From Candidatus Uhrbacteria bacterium (lineage in GTDB: Bacteria; Patescibacteriota; Patescibacteriia; UBA9934; GWF2-40-263), in the NCBI GenBank assembly GCA_016844925.1, contig JAERTI010000020.1:97-64096 (forward strand): a DNA stretch of 64,000 nt, written 5' to 3'. Made by a program: the position numbers and the translations under genes. Positions 35,558 to 44,945 of the stretch are shown in pieces (positions within the stretch are counted from its first letter, which is position 1; every line of letters starts with the position of its first letter). Below the pieces are notes generated by a model. That model was not told the origin of the DNA. It was given only the letters and a program-made list of their open reading frames with translations, and searched no databases.

Positions 35558-36340
35558 ATGGCACTGACAAAAACAACAAAAGAAATAGATGCCATGCGCC
35601 GGGGCGGTGCGTTGCTTTCCCGTGCGCTCAAGGCAGCAGTTGACGCGGTGGCTCCTGGGGTGAAGCTTAGTGAACTCGACGCGATTGCAGAGAGCGTTAT
35701 TCGTGATGGTGGTGCTGAGCCATCATTTAAGGGTTACAAGGGCAGCCCAGACGATACTCCATTTCCCAGCACGGTCTGCATTTCTGTAAATGAGGAGATT
35801 GTTCATGGTCTTGGAAATCGTGATCGTGTCCTTCAGGAGGGAGATATTGTAGGTCTTGATATTGGACTCTGGCTGGAGGGACTTTGCACAGATATGGCGG
35901 TCACCGTTCCTGTGGGTGAGGTGAAGCCTGAGCTCATCGAACTCATGCGGGTAACGCGTGAGTCACTCATGAAGGGTGTTGAGGCAGCAAAGGTAGGTGA
36001 CGCGATTAAAGATATTAGCCGAGCAATTGAGGGTCACATCAAACCTCATGGCTATGGCATTGTGCGTGCGTTAGTGGGTCATGGCGTTGGTCACCAGGTT
36101 CATGAGGCACCACATGTACCAAACTTTGTTTCTCCTCGGTATCCGCACATTGAGATTCAGGAAGGTATGTGTCTTGCCCTGGAGCCGATGGTGAGCCTTA
36201 GTGGAGGTCATAAAGTTGATACAGCTGCAGACGGCTGGAGTATTGTTCTGGCAGATGGTTCTCCTGGGGCACACTTCGAGGTAACGATTGCCATCACAAA
36301 AGAGGGTGGTGCTGAGATCCTGACCCCACTACCTGTTTAA
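35558..36340 (+). CDS. map: Methionine aminopeptidase type I
   Basis: Pita-bread fold motifs (VGHGVGHQVHE, EPMVS). Follows adk. Confidence 0.9.
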   Translation: MALTKTTKEIDAMRRGGALLSRALKAAVDAVAPGVKLSELDAIAESVIRDGGAEPSFKGYKGSPDDTPFPSTVCISVNEEIVHGLGNRDRVLQEGDIVGLDIGLWLEGLCTDMAVTVPVGEVKPELIELMRVTRESLMKGVEAAKVGDAIKDISRAIEGHIKPHGYGIVRALVGHGVGHQVHEAPHVPNFVSPRYPHIEIQEGMCLALEPMVSLSGGHKVDTAADGWSIVLADGSPGAHFEVTIAITKEGGAEILTPLPV

Positions 36341-36363
36341 CGCTATCGCGAGCGAAGCGATCT

Positions 36364-36765
36364 ATGAGAATTTTAGGCATCGACTACGGCGACAAAAAGA
36401 TTGGTCTTGCTTTTGGAGAAAGCGATGCTGACTTAGCTGTTCCGCTGGACGTGGTGCCCAACATGGGGGAAGAGACCATTAGAGTATTTGCCGAGCGAGC
36501 TAAAAGTGAGGACATCGATTTGGTCGTCGTGGGGGTACCACTTTCAACGGGAGGACACCACGATGCAACACAGCTAGAAAAGACGCGAGCATTTATTGCA
36601 GCGTTGAAAGAGGTTATTGAGATCCCTGTGGTAGAGCAGGATGAGTCCTACACCACGGCTGACAGTATTCGTTTGCAGAAAGAGGAGGGGGCCACGGCTG
36701 ACGAAGATGCCTTGGCGGCGATGTTGATTGTTAGATCTTACTTAGAGAAGGTTTCTAAGATGTAA
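36364..36765 (+). CDS. ruvX: Holliday-junction resolvase-like RNase (YqgF/RuvX)
   Basis: MRILGIDYGDKKIGLAFGE... (RNase H-like fold). Confidence 0.8.
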   Translation: MRILGIDYGDKKIGLAFGESDADLAVPLDVVPNMGEETIRVFAERAKSEDIDLVVVGVPLSTGGHHDATQLEKTRAFIAALKEVIEIPVVEQDESYTTADSIRLQKEEGATADEDALAAMLIVRSYLEKVSKM

Positions 36766-36772
36766 CTAAAGT

Positions 36773-37117
36773 TTGCACAGCAGTATGAACCTTGATCAGA
36801 TACAAGCGTTGATTTCAGCTAACGCTGAACGGTACGCCAAAAAACATGGCGTGACGATAGATCGGGAATTTTTGTTTTTGAAACTCATGGAAGAATCTGG
36901 GGAGTTGGCAGAGGCCATGCTCATTCATGAGGGGCAATGTCGAACAAGAAAAAAGGTTGATCAAGCTGAAGCTAAGTTGCAACTTGAAAATGAACTTGCT
37001 GATGTTTTGGGGACGGTGTTGTTGATGGCATCAGTGTTTGATGTTGATGTGTTATCTGCGCTTGACCGAAAGACCCTACAAAAGGGAAAAAAATACCTTG
37101 AAGAGCAAGGTAAGTAA
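36773..37117 (+). CDS. MazG-like nucleotide pyrophosphohydrolase (small all-alpha NTP-PPase)
   Basis: EExGEL...E.ELADVL pattern typical of MazG/HisE-like domains. Paralog of 39320..39661. Confidence 0.5.
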   Translation: MHSSMNLDQIQALISANAERYAKKHGVTIDREFLFLKLMEESGELAEAMLIHEGQCRTRKKVDQAEAKLQLENELADVLGTVLLMASVFDVDVLSALDRKTLQKGKKYLEEQGK

Positions 37118-37144
37118 AAAGACAGCGTAATGCTGTCCGTGTTG

Positions 37145-38215
37145 CTACGAAACGAGGTGTCGTAGCGTGATAGGAAGCGCTTGAGCTAGATGCTCGAGCG
37201 TATTTTTGCATTCGATGCCCCGAGCGATTTCTTCTCGATATCGCTGAGATCTTCGGGAGATTTCCATGAGTGCTGCTTGTTGCACGGCTGCGTCATCAGC
37301 AATGCCTATGTGGAGTCGATTGACACCCATCTCAGGAGCGAATCGCATTTGCCCCATTGGATTTACCGAAGGGTCGGGGCAAGAGCGGTTGATGAGTGCT
37401 TGCAAGAGACGGAAGTTTTCAACGTCTTTGTCGTACGTTGTTGGTCCGCCTGAGTAGGCTGGCATCACCGTGTTTCCCAGGTCTGCTGTTGCAGCAACAA
37501 ACGCGAGGTTGACTGGGTGGTCTGGTGCCAGGGCAAACGCCGGGAACGTTTCGAACTTCACATAGGCGCTGTTGTGCCCTGCTGCGAAGTCGTGCCAGAG
37601 CTGAGAGAGAATTACACCAAATTTCCCACTGCCGCCACCTGGGCTCACCATGAGCATGGGGCGGTCATTACCTGGGAGCCAGGGGGATTCGGCGAAGGGA
37701 TGATCTCGATTCAGGATCTTCACCGAAGGGTAGCCCTCGATGAAGCCGTGTTGCACGAACCGAATACCAAGTTCCGAAAGGCTCTTTTGGAGGAAGCGGT
37801 TGAGGCGCGCTCTCTGTTCAGTGCTGATACCCTCGTGCACCATGGTAAGTACCCCATGGTGCACACGGATTCCTGCCTGATCCAAGCAGTTGATCAGCCT
37901 GATAGTCTCGTCGTCGTACCAGAGTGACGTGTCGCCGCGTAGGCGTGGTCGCAAGATGTCGCGCGCGCTCACCACAACCACAATTTCGAAATGCTCTTTT
38001 AGCTCACCCAGGAGTCGCAGCTTCAAGTTGGGGTCATAGCCGGGGAGCACACGTGCGGCGTGCTGGTCGTCGTAGGCCTTTCCACCGAACTCAACATACG
38101 TGTTGCCTCCTGCCGGCGTTTGGTCCATGCGACGGAGGATTTCTGTGAGTTGAGTGTGTAGATAGCGCTCACTATCGAAGGCGATGACGGTCTCCCTTGC
38201 CGTGGCTCCAATCAT
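37145..38215 (-). CDS. DUF1846/UPF0371-like protein, short form (356 aa)
   Basis: YVEFGGKAYDDQHAARVLPGYDPNLKLRLL and YVKFETFP...HPVNLAFVAATADL match UPF0371 signatures as I recall them. Family members are usually about 490 aa. Confidence 0.45.
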   Translation of the reverse strand: MIGATARETVIAFDSERYLHTQLTEILRRMDQTPAGGNTYVEFGGKAYDDQHAARVLPGYDPNLKLRLLGELKEHFEIVVVVSARDILRPRLRGDTSLWYDDETIRLINCLDQAGIRVHHGVLTMVHEGISTEQRARLNRFLQKSLSELGIRFVQHGFIEGYPSVKILNRDHPFAESPWLPGNDRPMLMVSPGGGSGKFGVILSQLWHDFAAGHNSAYVKFETFPAFALAPDHPVNLAFVAATADLGNTVMPAYSGGPTTYDKDVENFRLLQALINRSCPDPSVNPMGQMRFAPEMGVNRLHIGIADDAAVQQAALMEISRRSQRYREEIARGIECKNTLEHLAQALPITLRHLVS

Positions 38216-38823
38216 GGCGAGGCCGGACGTCGAAGGTTCATCAGCTCGAGGATGTGCTGGAGTGTTTGCTCCGGTGTCATGTGCGTCGTATCAACGTGCG
38301 TTTCGATCAGTTCACGGAAGCAGTTCTCGATGATCTCGAGCTCGCTCCCGGGTGACTTCACTCGTCGGTCGCCGGCCGTCATGTTCCCGCGTGCCTCCAG
38401 TCGAGCTCTGCGCACAGGTTCATCCGTCAGGAACAGGAAGCTGTGGTCCGGTCTGAGGATGGGCAGATGGTCGAGATTCAAGACGTCGATATCCACTCCC
38501 TGTGCCTTGTGATGGGCCAGAGCCGAGTAGATGAATCGGTCCATGATTACGTGGCGTGTTGCCAGTAATTCACGAATCAGCTGATCCTTCATCATCGCCG
38601 AGACGATATAGGTCAGCATCGCTGCGCTTTGGTTGCCTGCGTTTTGACAGTGGGCTCGCAAGGAACGTGTCGGGTTGTTGAAGGGCAAGTCTTCGAACCG
38701 CACTGCCAGACCAGGCTTCTGGCGATTGAATGCTTCCACAAGCATGTGTGACAGCGTGGTTTTCCCCACACCATCAATGCCTTCAAGCACGATGAGCTTG
38801 TGGCGATGCGGGTTTGTCTGCAT
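38212..38823 (-). CDS. tmk: Thymidylate (dTMP) kinase-like P-loop kinase
   Basis: LIVLEGIDGVGKTT P-loop. 4-nt overlap with the downstream ORF. Confidence 0.65.
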   Translation of the reverse strand: MQTNPHRHKLIVLEGIDGVGKTTLSHMLVEAFNRQKPGLAVRFEDLPFNNPTRSLRAHCQNAGNQSAAMLTYIVSAMMKDQLIRELLATRHVIMDRFIYSALAHHKAQGVDIDVLNLDHLPILRPDHSFLFLTDEPVRRARLEARGNMTAGDRRVKSPGSELEIIENCFRELIETHVDTTHMTPEQTLQHILELMNLRRPASP

Positions 38824-38870
38824 ATCTTACCTCCACAGCTTTCTTAACGTTGAGAGGTTATTGTGTCAAT

Positions 38871-39332
38871 ATGGGGCATATGACTTCCTGGCATGACCGA
38901 TTTAAAGCCATTATTTCTGTGTACCTCATCCTGCTTAATGACAGCGGTGAGGTGCTTTTGCTGAAACGGCAGAATACCGGATTCAAAGATGGTGAGTGGG
39001 GCCTGCCTGCTGGGCACGTTGATGGTGAGGAGGAGCTTATGCAGGCGATGGGACGTGAGGCTAAGGAGGAGGTGGGGATTGATTTAGACCCGGTCGATTT
39101 GACGCTTGTGCACGTCATGCATCGCCATTGCGGTGATCACGAGCGCATGGATTATTTTATGACGGCTCGTAAGTGGTCGGGAGAGGTTCATAATTGCGAA
39201 CCGGATAAGTGTTCGGACCTCGCTTGGGCGCCTATGGATGAATTGCCCGACGGCGTGATCGACTATTACGTGCAGGCATTCAATAAGATCCGAGAGGGGG
39301 AGGTGTACAGTGGGTTTGGTTGGAAAAATTGA
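38871..39332 (+). CDS. Nudix hydrolase
   Basis: Nudix box GHVDGEEELMQAMGREAKEEVGI. Confidence 0.65.
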   Translation: MGHMTSWHDRFKAIISVYLILLNDSGEVLLLKRQNTGFKDGEWGLPAGHVDGEEELMQAMGREAKEEVGIDLDPVDLTLVHVMHRHCGDHERMDYFMTARKWSGEVHNCEPDKCSDLAWAPMDELPDGVIDYYVQAFNKIREGEVYSGFGWKN

Positions 39333-39661
39333 TAGGTGTTATGACAGATTCAATGAAAGAACTTACATCCGAGATCCGATCGTTTGTTGATATGCGTGGG
39401 TGGTTATCGCGTGGACGTGCAGATCTCAAAGGCATCGCAATCTCGATTTCTTTAGAAGCGGCAGAGTTACTGGAACTTTTTCAGTGGGTCAAAGATGATG
39501 AAGTGGAGGCGCGTGTTGAAAAGCAGCGAGAGGACATTGCTGATGAGCTCGCTGATGTGGCTATCTACACCTTGCAGTTTGCTGACCGTGCTGGCATAGA
39601 TTTAGCTGCAGCGATTCGACAAAAGATGAAAAAGAACGGGGAGAAATATCCCGTTGAATAA
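39320..39661 (+). CDS. MazG-like nucleotide pyrophosphohydrolase (second copy)
   Basis: EAAELLELFQW...EDIADELADVAIY pattern. Confidence 0.5.
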   Translation: MEKLIGVMTDSMKELTSEIRSFVDMRGWLSRGRADLKGIAISISLEAAELLELFQWVKDDEVEARVEKQREDIADELADVAIYTLQFADRAGIDLAAAIRQKMKKNGEKYPVE

Positions 39662-39667
39662 TAATGG

Positions 39668-39691
39668 AATCACCCTCATGGGGTGATTTTC
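39668..39691 (+). terminator. Intrinsic terminator
   Basis: ATCACCC-TCATG-GGGTGAT followed by TTTT. Confidence 0.5.
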
Positions 39692-39739
39692 GGTTCAGGT
39701 CTCACAACTGCTGTACAATAAGAACATTGGAAACGTTCT

Positions 39740-41488
39740 ATGATTCAAACACAAGAAAAAGTACTCATTGCGATAAGCATTGTTTTGAGTGTGATTGTCG
39801 CGGTCCTGTTGTGGGCTCTCCTTGCTCCGGGTGAATCACCGACGACGGATGGGTTCGGGATGGATCGTAACATTGAGGAAGAAGCAGAGAACCGTGATGT
39901 CGTGGATTTTGATATTCCTGCAGGACCCGTGATTGTAGACGAAGTTCAGCAAGGCGCCCCCTCTTATCTCTATCTCTTCACACATACGGAAGATCCATTC
40001 AACCACGAGCTTTCAGAGGAACGTTACTGGCGTGTTGGAGAGATGATCCGAGATGCTGCTGCTGCGTATCCGGCAGCTGATCTCACATGGACGATTGAGT
40101 TCCAAGGATCAGATGCTAAGACAATCGCTGATCGAAATGAGGAGACAGGACTCGTTGACTATTTGTTGGAGTTGAAGGACGAGGGGCTTGTCGAGTTTGG
40201 CTACCACGCTCACCACGACCCGACGTATCAGAATCGGCCGCAGAATCGTCTACCAAGCGATCCGACCTATGAGGAGGCATACGATGCTCTGTGGTCATGG
40301 ATTACCTGTGTGAAGGACGTGAATCGTGGGGGGTGTATTGAAGAACGTGGAGGAGGGCTCGAGGCCATCTACGAGACATTCGGACAGGTTGAGATTGTGA
40401 CGGGTCTAGGAATCGGAGAGGGGACACAGATTGAGCGCTCTGCTGGAAGTCAGGCAGTGAGGGAGCTTCTTCCGGGGCGATATCTTGGATTTGGGTTTCC
40501 TGATCACGGGGCTGTGATTAAGGATCAGACATACACGAGTACCCGAGATGCTCTTTTGGAAATCATGACCCCAACACATGAGACAAGTTCGGCGACCCTG
40601 TGGATGGATAATGCGATTCGAATCAATGATGCCGCATCCCTCGAAGGAATTGACGCAGAGCCATTGAAAGAAGGGTCGGACAGCTATGAACGTGAGCTTC
40701 AAGAGCTTGATGGCACGCGTTCCATTGTGATGAATGCTGGTATTGCGAGTAAGTATCTCTATACGACCAGTGGTACGAGTCCCACGAAGTGGGGGTATGT
40801 GCACCCAGAATCGCCAGAGCTTACCGATGAGCTTCTTCTTAGTCCAAAGGAACAGGAGAAGGCATACCAGCTTACGAAGCAGGGCTTAGAGTATTTGGCT
40901 CAGCAGGTTAACGAAGATCCAGACGCGTTGCAGTTTGTCAGCTCAAATGATGTGGTGAATTTGTTTGTGTCGACTGATTATGTGGAGGTGGATGAGGGAG
41001 AGCTTTACCAGATGGCCTTATGGGTCTTGAACAATTGGGATGATGCTCCGCCAAGTTGGGTGTATGATGGCGAAGACTTTTATTCACTTGCTGACACGTT
41101 CGCCCTTCTCGCTCGAGGGTTGAATGGTGAGTTTGATCAGGCAGGTGTGGTCTCTGAGGTGTATGGTCCATGGTCTCTTTCCCAAACCGAGTCTGAGGCC
41201 ACAACGGTTTCTGTCGATGATCTGCTTGTACTAGCGACGACGGATCTCTACACAGATTGGCGCATGAAAGAGCAGTATGAGATTGGCGACGCTACCCTCA
41301 CGAGCGTTCAAGTTCTTTACGCCTGGAGCTACCTTTTTGCTGCAAACCAGGCACAAGTGGATATTACACATGTACCGATTCCACAGATGCAATCGGCTCC
41401 AGAGACGTACGAGCTTCTCGAGACGCTCGGGTGCCACGACTGTCTCGATACAACCTGGTCACTCAAACCAGCTCGATTTCAAGACTAA
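39740..41488 (+). CDS. Hypothetical acidic protein with an N-terminal signal anchor (582 aa)
   Basis: N-terminal hydrophobic helix followed by a long acidic soluble domain. No catalytic motif recognised. Confidence 0.5.
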   Translation: MIQTQEKVLIAISIVLSVIVAVLLWALLAPGESPTTDGFGMDRNIEEEAENRDVVDFDIPAGPVIVDEVQQGAPSYLYLFTHTEDPFNHELSEERYWRVGEMIRDAAAAYPAADLTWTIEFQGSDAKTIADRNEETGLVDYLLELKDEGLVEFGYHAHHDPTYQNRPQNRLPSDPTYEEAYDALWSWITCVKDVNRGGCIEERGGGLEAIYETFGQVEIVTGLGIGEGTQIERSAGSQAVRELLPGRYLGFGFPDHGAVIKDQTYTSTRDALLEIMTPTHETSSATLWMDNAIRINDAASLEGIDAEPLKEGSDSYERELQELDGTRSIVMNAGIASKYLYTTSGTSPTKWGYVHPESPELTDELLLSPKEQEKAYQLTKQGLEYLAQQVNEDPDALQFVSSNDVVNLFVSTDYVEVDEGELYQMALWVLNNWDDAPPSWVYDGEDFYSLADTFALLARGLNGEFDQAGVVSEVYGPWSLSQTESEATTVSVDDLLVLATTDLYTDWRMKEQYEIGDATLTSVQVLYAWSYLFAANQAQVDITHVPIPQMQSAPETYELLETLGCHDCLDTTWSLKPARFQD

Positions 41489-41506
41489 CCTCTAAAGAAA
41501 CCCCTT

Positions 41507-41911
41507 ATGCCTCTCTATCAAACATTGCTCTTTATCTTCGCGGGGATTGGACTGCTCGACACCATCTATCTCACCTACCACGCCATCACAAAAACGCCGG
41601 TGAAGTGCCTCTTCTTTCCTGATGCTTGGTGTGCAAAAGTGCAGAAAAGTCCGCAAAGTAAACTGTTCGGTTTTCCAAATGCCTACGCCGGGCTCGGGAT
41701 GTACCTCGCCATTCTCGTGGGAACCTGGTTGTTCATTCAGGGCATGATCCCATTTTGGCCCGTGACTGCTGTGGTGACTATGGGGTTCCTGTTTTCACTC
41801 TACTTCACGTATATCCAAGGTTTTGTTCTCAAGGCATTTTGCACCTGGTGTGTTCTATCGGCGATAAACTTTCTTGTGATGTTTATTGCCGTGTTTTTCC
41901 TCAGGGGGTAG
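41507..41911 (+). CDS. Vitamin K epoxide reductase (VKOR) family membrane protein
   Basis: Loop cysteines CLFFPDAWC and active-site CTWC in the final TM helix. Confidence 0.55.
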   Translation: MPLYQTLLFIFAGIGLLDTIYLTYHAITKTPVKCLFFPDAWCAKVQKSPQSKLFGFPNAYAGLGMYLAILVGTWLFIQGMIPFWPVTAVVTMGFLFSLYFTYIQGFVLKAFCTWCVLSAINFLVMFIAVFFLRG

Positions 41912-41937
41912 GGCAATTAATTGTCCAAGTGGCTTAC

Positions 41938-41961
41938 AATCCCCCTCATGGGGGATTTTTG
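41938..41961 (+). terminator. Intrinsic terminator
   Basis: AATCCCCC-TCAT-GGGGGATT followed by TTTT. Its loop resembles the terminator at 39668. Confidence 0.5.
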
Positions 41962-42002
41962 GTACCATGCTCGCATTAGTCGATAATCTTGCGTGACAAG
42001 TT

Positions 42003-42179
42003 ATGCTTACATGGGTGTGTCGAGAATGTGGAGACGGGAATTTACCGCCGGATATTTTTCAAGAGGTTGAACAGGCTGAGACGAATGAAGAAGTTCGTCG
42101 GGTTCTGGCTATGCATGAGGTGTTGGTGAAAGTTTGTCAGGTATGTGAGATGCAGGATGCAGCTGCTGCACAAAACTGA
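42003..42179 (+). CDS. Small (58 aa) double-CxxC zinc-ribbon protein, not in the ORF track
   Basis: Translates to MLTWVCRECGDGNLPPDIFQEVEQAETNEEVRRVLAMHEVLVKVCQVCEMQDAAAAQN. Its stop at 42177-79 sits 2 nt before the ATG of the downstream gene. Confidence 0.3.
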   Translation: MLTWVCRECGDGNLPPDIFQEVEQAETNEEVRRVLAMHEVLVKVCQVCEMQDAAAAQN

Positions 42180-42180
42180 T

Positions 42181-43668
42181 ATGCACATCACCAAAACAGA
42201 CTACCTTGAATACACCTTCTGCCGAAAGAATCTCTGGTTCATGAAGCATAAGCCGGAGCTTTTTAATGATAAGGAGCTTTCGGAGTTTGAGAAGAAGATT
42301 ATCGAAGAGGGGAACTTGGCTGATGAGGCAGCGCGGAATTTGTTTCCGGGTGGGGAGCTTATCGAACTCGTTGGTATGCGTGGTGTGGGGCAGACAAAAA
42401 ATGTTCTTGCCATGAAGCCTAAGACATTGTTTCAAGGAGCGTTTCTCTCGGATGTGTTTTTTGTGCAGGCTGATGTTTTGCATTGGAACGAACCTCTTAA
42501 CGGGTGGGAGCTGTATGAGGTGAAGGCGACGAATGATGTGAAGCGGGAGATTCCACATCATCATGTGAATGACTTGGCGTTTCAGAAGTTGGTCATCGAG
42601 AGCGGCGGGCTCAAGATTGTGAAGGCCGGAGTGATCCATTTGAATAGTGAGTATCGACAGAAGGGGGAAGTTGATTACGACGAGCTCTTTATTGTTGCCG
42701 ACCTCACAGATGAAGTTCTTGCCTCTGAGGATGCTGTACGTGAGGAGATGGATGAGATGAAGGCATATCTGTCTGGTGCTGAGGAGCGTGGCTGTGACTG
42801 TTTGTATCGCGGGCGTAATGCGCAGTGCACAACCTTTACGCATTCACATCCCGAAGTTCCTGAGTATTCTGTGCACGATATTAACCGGATCGGTGGGAGC
42901 AAGAAGTTGTTTTACGATTGGATCGACAGAGGGATCTATGCCCTTGAGGATATCGACAACCCTGAGAAGCTGAAGGGGGCAAAGAAGGCTCAGCACCAGG
43001 CGTACATGGCAGGGAAGCCACTCATCGATCATGAGGGGATTACGGAGCTTTTGGGCGAGCTGGTCTTTCCCCTCCAGTTCTTTGACTACGAAGGGTATTC
43101 AAGCGCTATTCCTCGATTCGATGGGTTTGGGGCCTATGAGCAGGTGCCGTTTCAGTACTCGCTTCATACGATGCGAGAGGATGGAGAGATTGAGCATCGG
43201 GAGTATTTGGTGACGGATCCGGTGGGAGATTTTACGCGGCCGTTACTTGAGCGGATGCGGGAGGATATGGATCCAAACGGGACGGTCATTTCTTGGTACA
43301 GTACGTACGAGAAGCAGCGCAATGCGAAGCTTGCTGAGTTGCATCCTGAGCACGCTGAGTTTATCGAGACGATCAATGAAGGCATGTTCGATCTCATGAC
43401 GATCTTCTCGAAGAACTACTATGTCGATGCGGCGTTTAAGGGGAGTGCGAGTATTAAACGCGTGTTACCCGTGGTGGTGCCTCACCTCACGTACAAGGCG
43501 CTAGGGATTCAAAAGGGGGATCAGGCGATTGAGCGTTGGGAGAAGATGATCTCGCCAGAGACTTCTCAAAAAGAAAAAGATCAGATTGCCAGCGACCTTC
43601 TTGAGTACTGTAAGCTGGATACCTTCGCTATGGTCGCCATCTATCAATTTTTATTAAAACTTATTTAG
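42181..43668 (+). CDS. DUF2779-like protein: N-terminal PD-(D/E)xK nuclease fold plus C-terminal DEDD-like exonuclease motifs
   Basis: QADVL...ELYEVKA (D...E.K) and a C-terminal FFDYEG...Y..LKLD-type segment. The start was moved to the ATG at 42181. Confidence 0.45.
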   Translation: MHITKTDYLEYTFCRKNLWFMKHKPELFNDKELSEFEKKIIEEGNLADEAARNLFPGGELIELVGMRGVGQTKNVLAMKPKTLFQGAFLSDVFFVQADVLHWNEPLNGWELYEVKATNDVKREIPHHHVNDLAFQKLVIESGGLKIVKAGVIHLNSEYRQKGEVDYDELFIVADLTDEVLASEDAVREEMDEMKAYLSGAEERGCDCLYRGRNAQCTTFTHSHPEVPEYSVHDINRIGGSKKLFYDWIDRGIYALEDIDNPEKLKGAKKAQHQAYMAGKPLIDHEGITELLGELVFPLQFFDYEGYSSAIPRFDGFGAYEQVPFQYSLHTMREDGEIEHREYLVTDPVGDFTRPLLERMREDMDPNGTVISWYSTYEKQRNAKLAELHPEHAEFIETINEGMFDLMTIFSKNYYVDAAFKGSASIKRVLPVVVPHLTYKALGIQKGDQAIERWEKMISPETSQKEKDQIASDLLEYCKLDTFAMVAIYQFLLKLI

Positions 43669-43674
43669 AACTTT

Positions 43675-43995
43675 ATGAAATCCATTTCTGTTCAAGACCT
43701 TCATGGCAAACTTGCAGACGCTGCACATATGGCATCAGCCATTGTTATCGATGTGCGCACCCCAGAGGAGCATGCTGAGGGGCATATTCCTGGAGCGCAG
43801 AATCGACCCATCGATAAGCTTGATCTCTACATGGAAGCTCTGAAGTCTTACGAGACGGTGTACGTACACTGCTTAACAGGTGGCCGTAGCGGTAAGGCTT
43901 GCGAGGCGTTTGATGCAGCGGGATCGATTAATGCGCACAACATCGAAGGAGGTGTGACAGCCTGGAAAGAGGCTGGGTACCCTGTAGAGATGTGA
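43675..43995 (+). CDS. Rhodanese-domain protein
   Basis: Active-site loop VHCLTGGRS (C-x-x-G-x-R). Confidence 0.65.
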   Translation: MKSISVQDLHGKLADAAHMASAIVIDVRTPEEHAEGHIPGAQNRPIDKLDLYMEALKSYETVYVHCLTGGRSGKACEAFDAAGSINAHNIEGGVTAWKEAGYPVEM

Positions 43996-44240
43996 GCACG
44001 TGGACGGTGTATATTCTTCAGTGCAAGGATGATTCACTCTACACGGGGATTACGACAGATCTTGAGGCGCGCATTGAAGTACACAATCGTGGCGACGGTG
44101 CGAAGTACACAAGGGGGCGTGGGCCGGTTCGTCTCCTCTGGTCACAAGATGCCTTGAGTGAGAGCCAGGCGCGCAAGCGTGAGTACGAAATAAAACAGCT
44201 GTCACGAGCACAGAAGCTCGAGTTGATTAGCGCATCGTAG
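43992..44240 (+). CDS. GIY-YIG domain protein (UPF0213-like), GTG start
   Basis: [34 protein letters not shown]. Confidence 0.6.
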   Translation: MSTWTVYILQCKDDSLYTGITTDLEARIEVHNRGDGAKYTRGRGPVRLLWSQDALSESQARKREYEIKQLSRAQKLELISAS

Positions 44241-44250
44241 CGTGTTATCT

Positions 44251-44448
44251 ATGCCAGGAACGATTCGAAAAAATATCTATCCAGGACTCTACGTCGCCAT
44301 CGTGCAAAAGGCCGACCAGCGAACAGGGAAGCTGACCCAGGGGTTTGTACAGGACTTGCTTACCAGCAAAGCCGTGCACCCGCGAGGGATTAAGGTGAGA
44401 CTCGACACAGGAGAAGTCGGAAGAGTGCAGCACATTTTGCAGAAGTAA
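44251..44448 (+). CDS. Small YwbE/DUF2196-like protein
   Basis: RGIKVRLDTGEVGRVQHIL resembles YwbE family members. Low certainty. Confidence 0.35.
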   Translation: MPGTIRKNIYPGLYVAIVQKADQRTGKLTQGFVQDLLTSKAVHPRGIKVRLDTGEVGRVQHILQK

Positions 44449-44494
44449 CAGAGACCACCCTTTGAGAGGGTGGTTTTTGGTTCCCTAAGAAGGG

Positions 44495-44522
44495 TTGACA
44501 TCCTTAGAAAAGACTCTATACT
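44495..44522 (+). promoter_or_regulatory. Promoter (TTGACA, 16 nt, TATACT) for the GC-rich gene at 44550
   Basis: ttgacatccttagaaaagactctatact, followed by SD AAAGGAGGG. Confidence 0.45.
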
Positions 44523-44549
44523 TTCAATCCCATACGAAAGGAGGGCGTG

Positions 44550-44945
44550 ATGCAGCAAGCAGCAATCCCCAAGCTGTCGGCGATTCCGACCAGGCAACAT
44601 GCGACGTTGGTGTACTACCACAAGTGGAAGGGCTTCGAGTGCAGGGAGATCTGCGGGTGCCTTCGAGCGTTCACGGTCAAGTCCCTGCAGAAGATCAAGA
44701 CCGGCACTCTGGTCTGGGTCGACACCGATCCGATGTACCACCACGGCAAGGTCTACGGATGGGTCCTGCGCAGGATCCAGCGGGTCGAAGATCGTGGTGA
44801 CGGCAAGTTCTGGGTCGAGCACAGCGGCGGCGGGTGCTTGATCGACGGCACCAAGCCCAAGCAGCACAAGTTCTACTACGTGAGCGCACCTGTTCGGCTG
44901 GAGAACCTGCTCCGCGCCAACCCGAAGGCCACGGCTCCTGTTTGA
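44550..44945 (+). CDS. GC-rich hypothetical protein (131 aa) with its own promoter and terminator
   Basis: Strong SD, ATG at 44550, terminator CCCACCTCACGCAGGTGGG plus T6 at 44958-44982. Composition differs from the flanking genes. Confidence 0.5.
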   Translation: MQQAAIPKLSAIPTRQHATLVYYHKWKGFECREICGCLRAFTVKSLQKIKTGTLVWVDTDPMYHHGKVYGWVLRRIQRVEDRGDGKFWVEHSGGGCLIDGTKPKQHKFYYVSAPVRLENLLRANPKATAPV

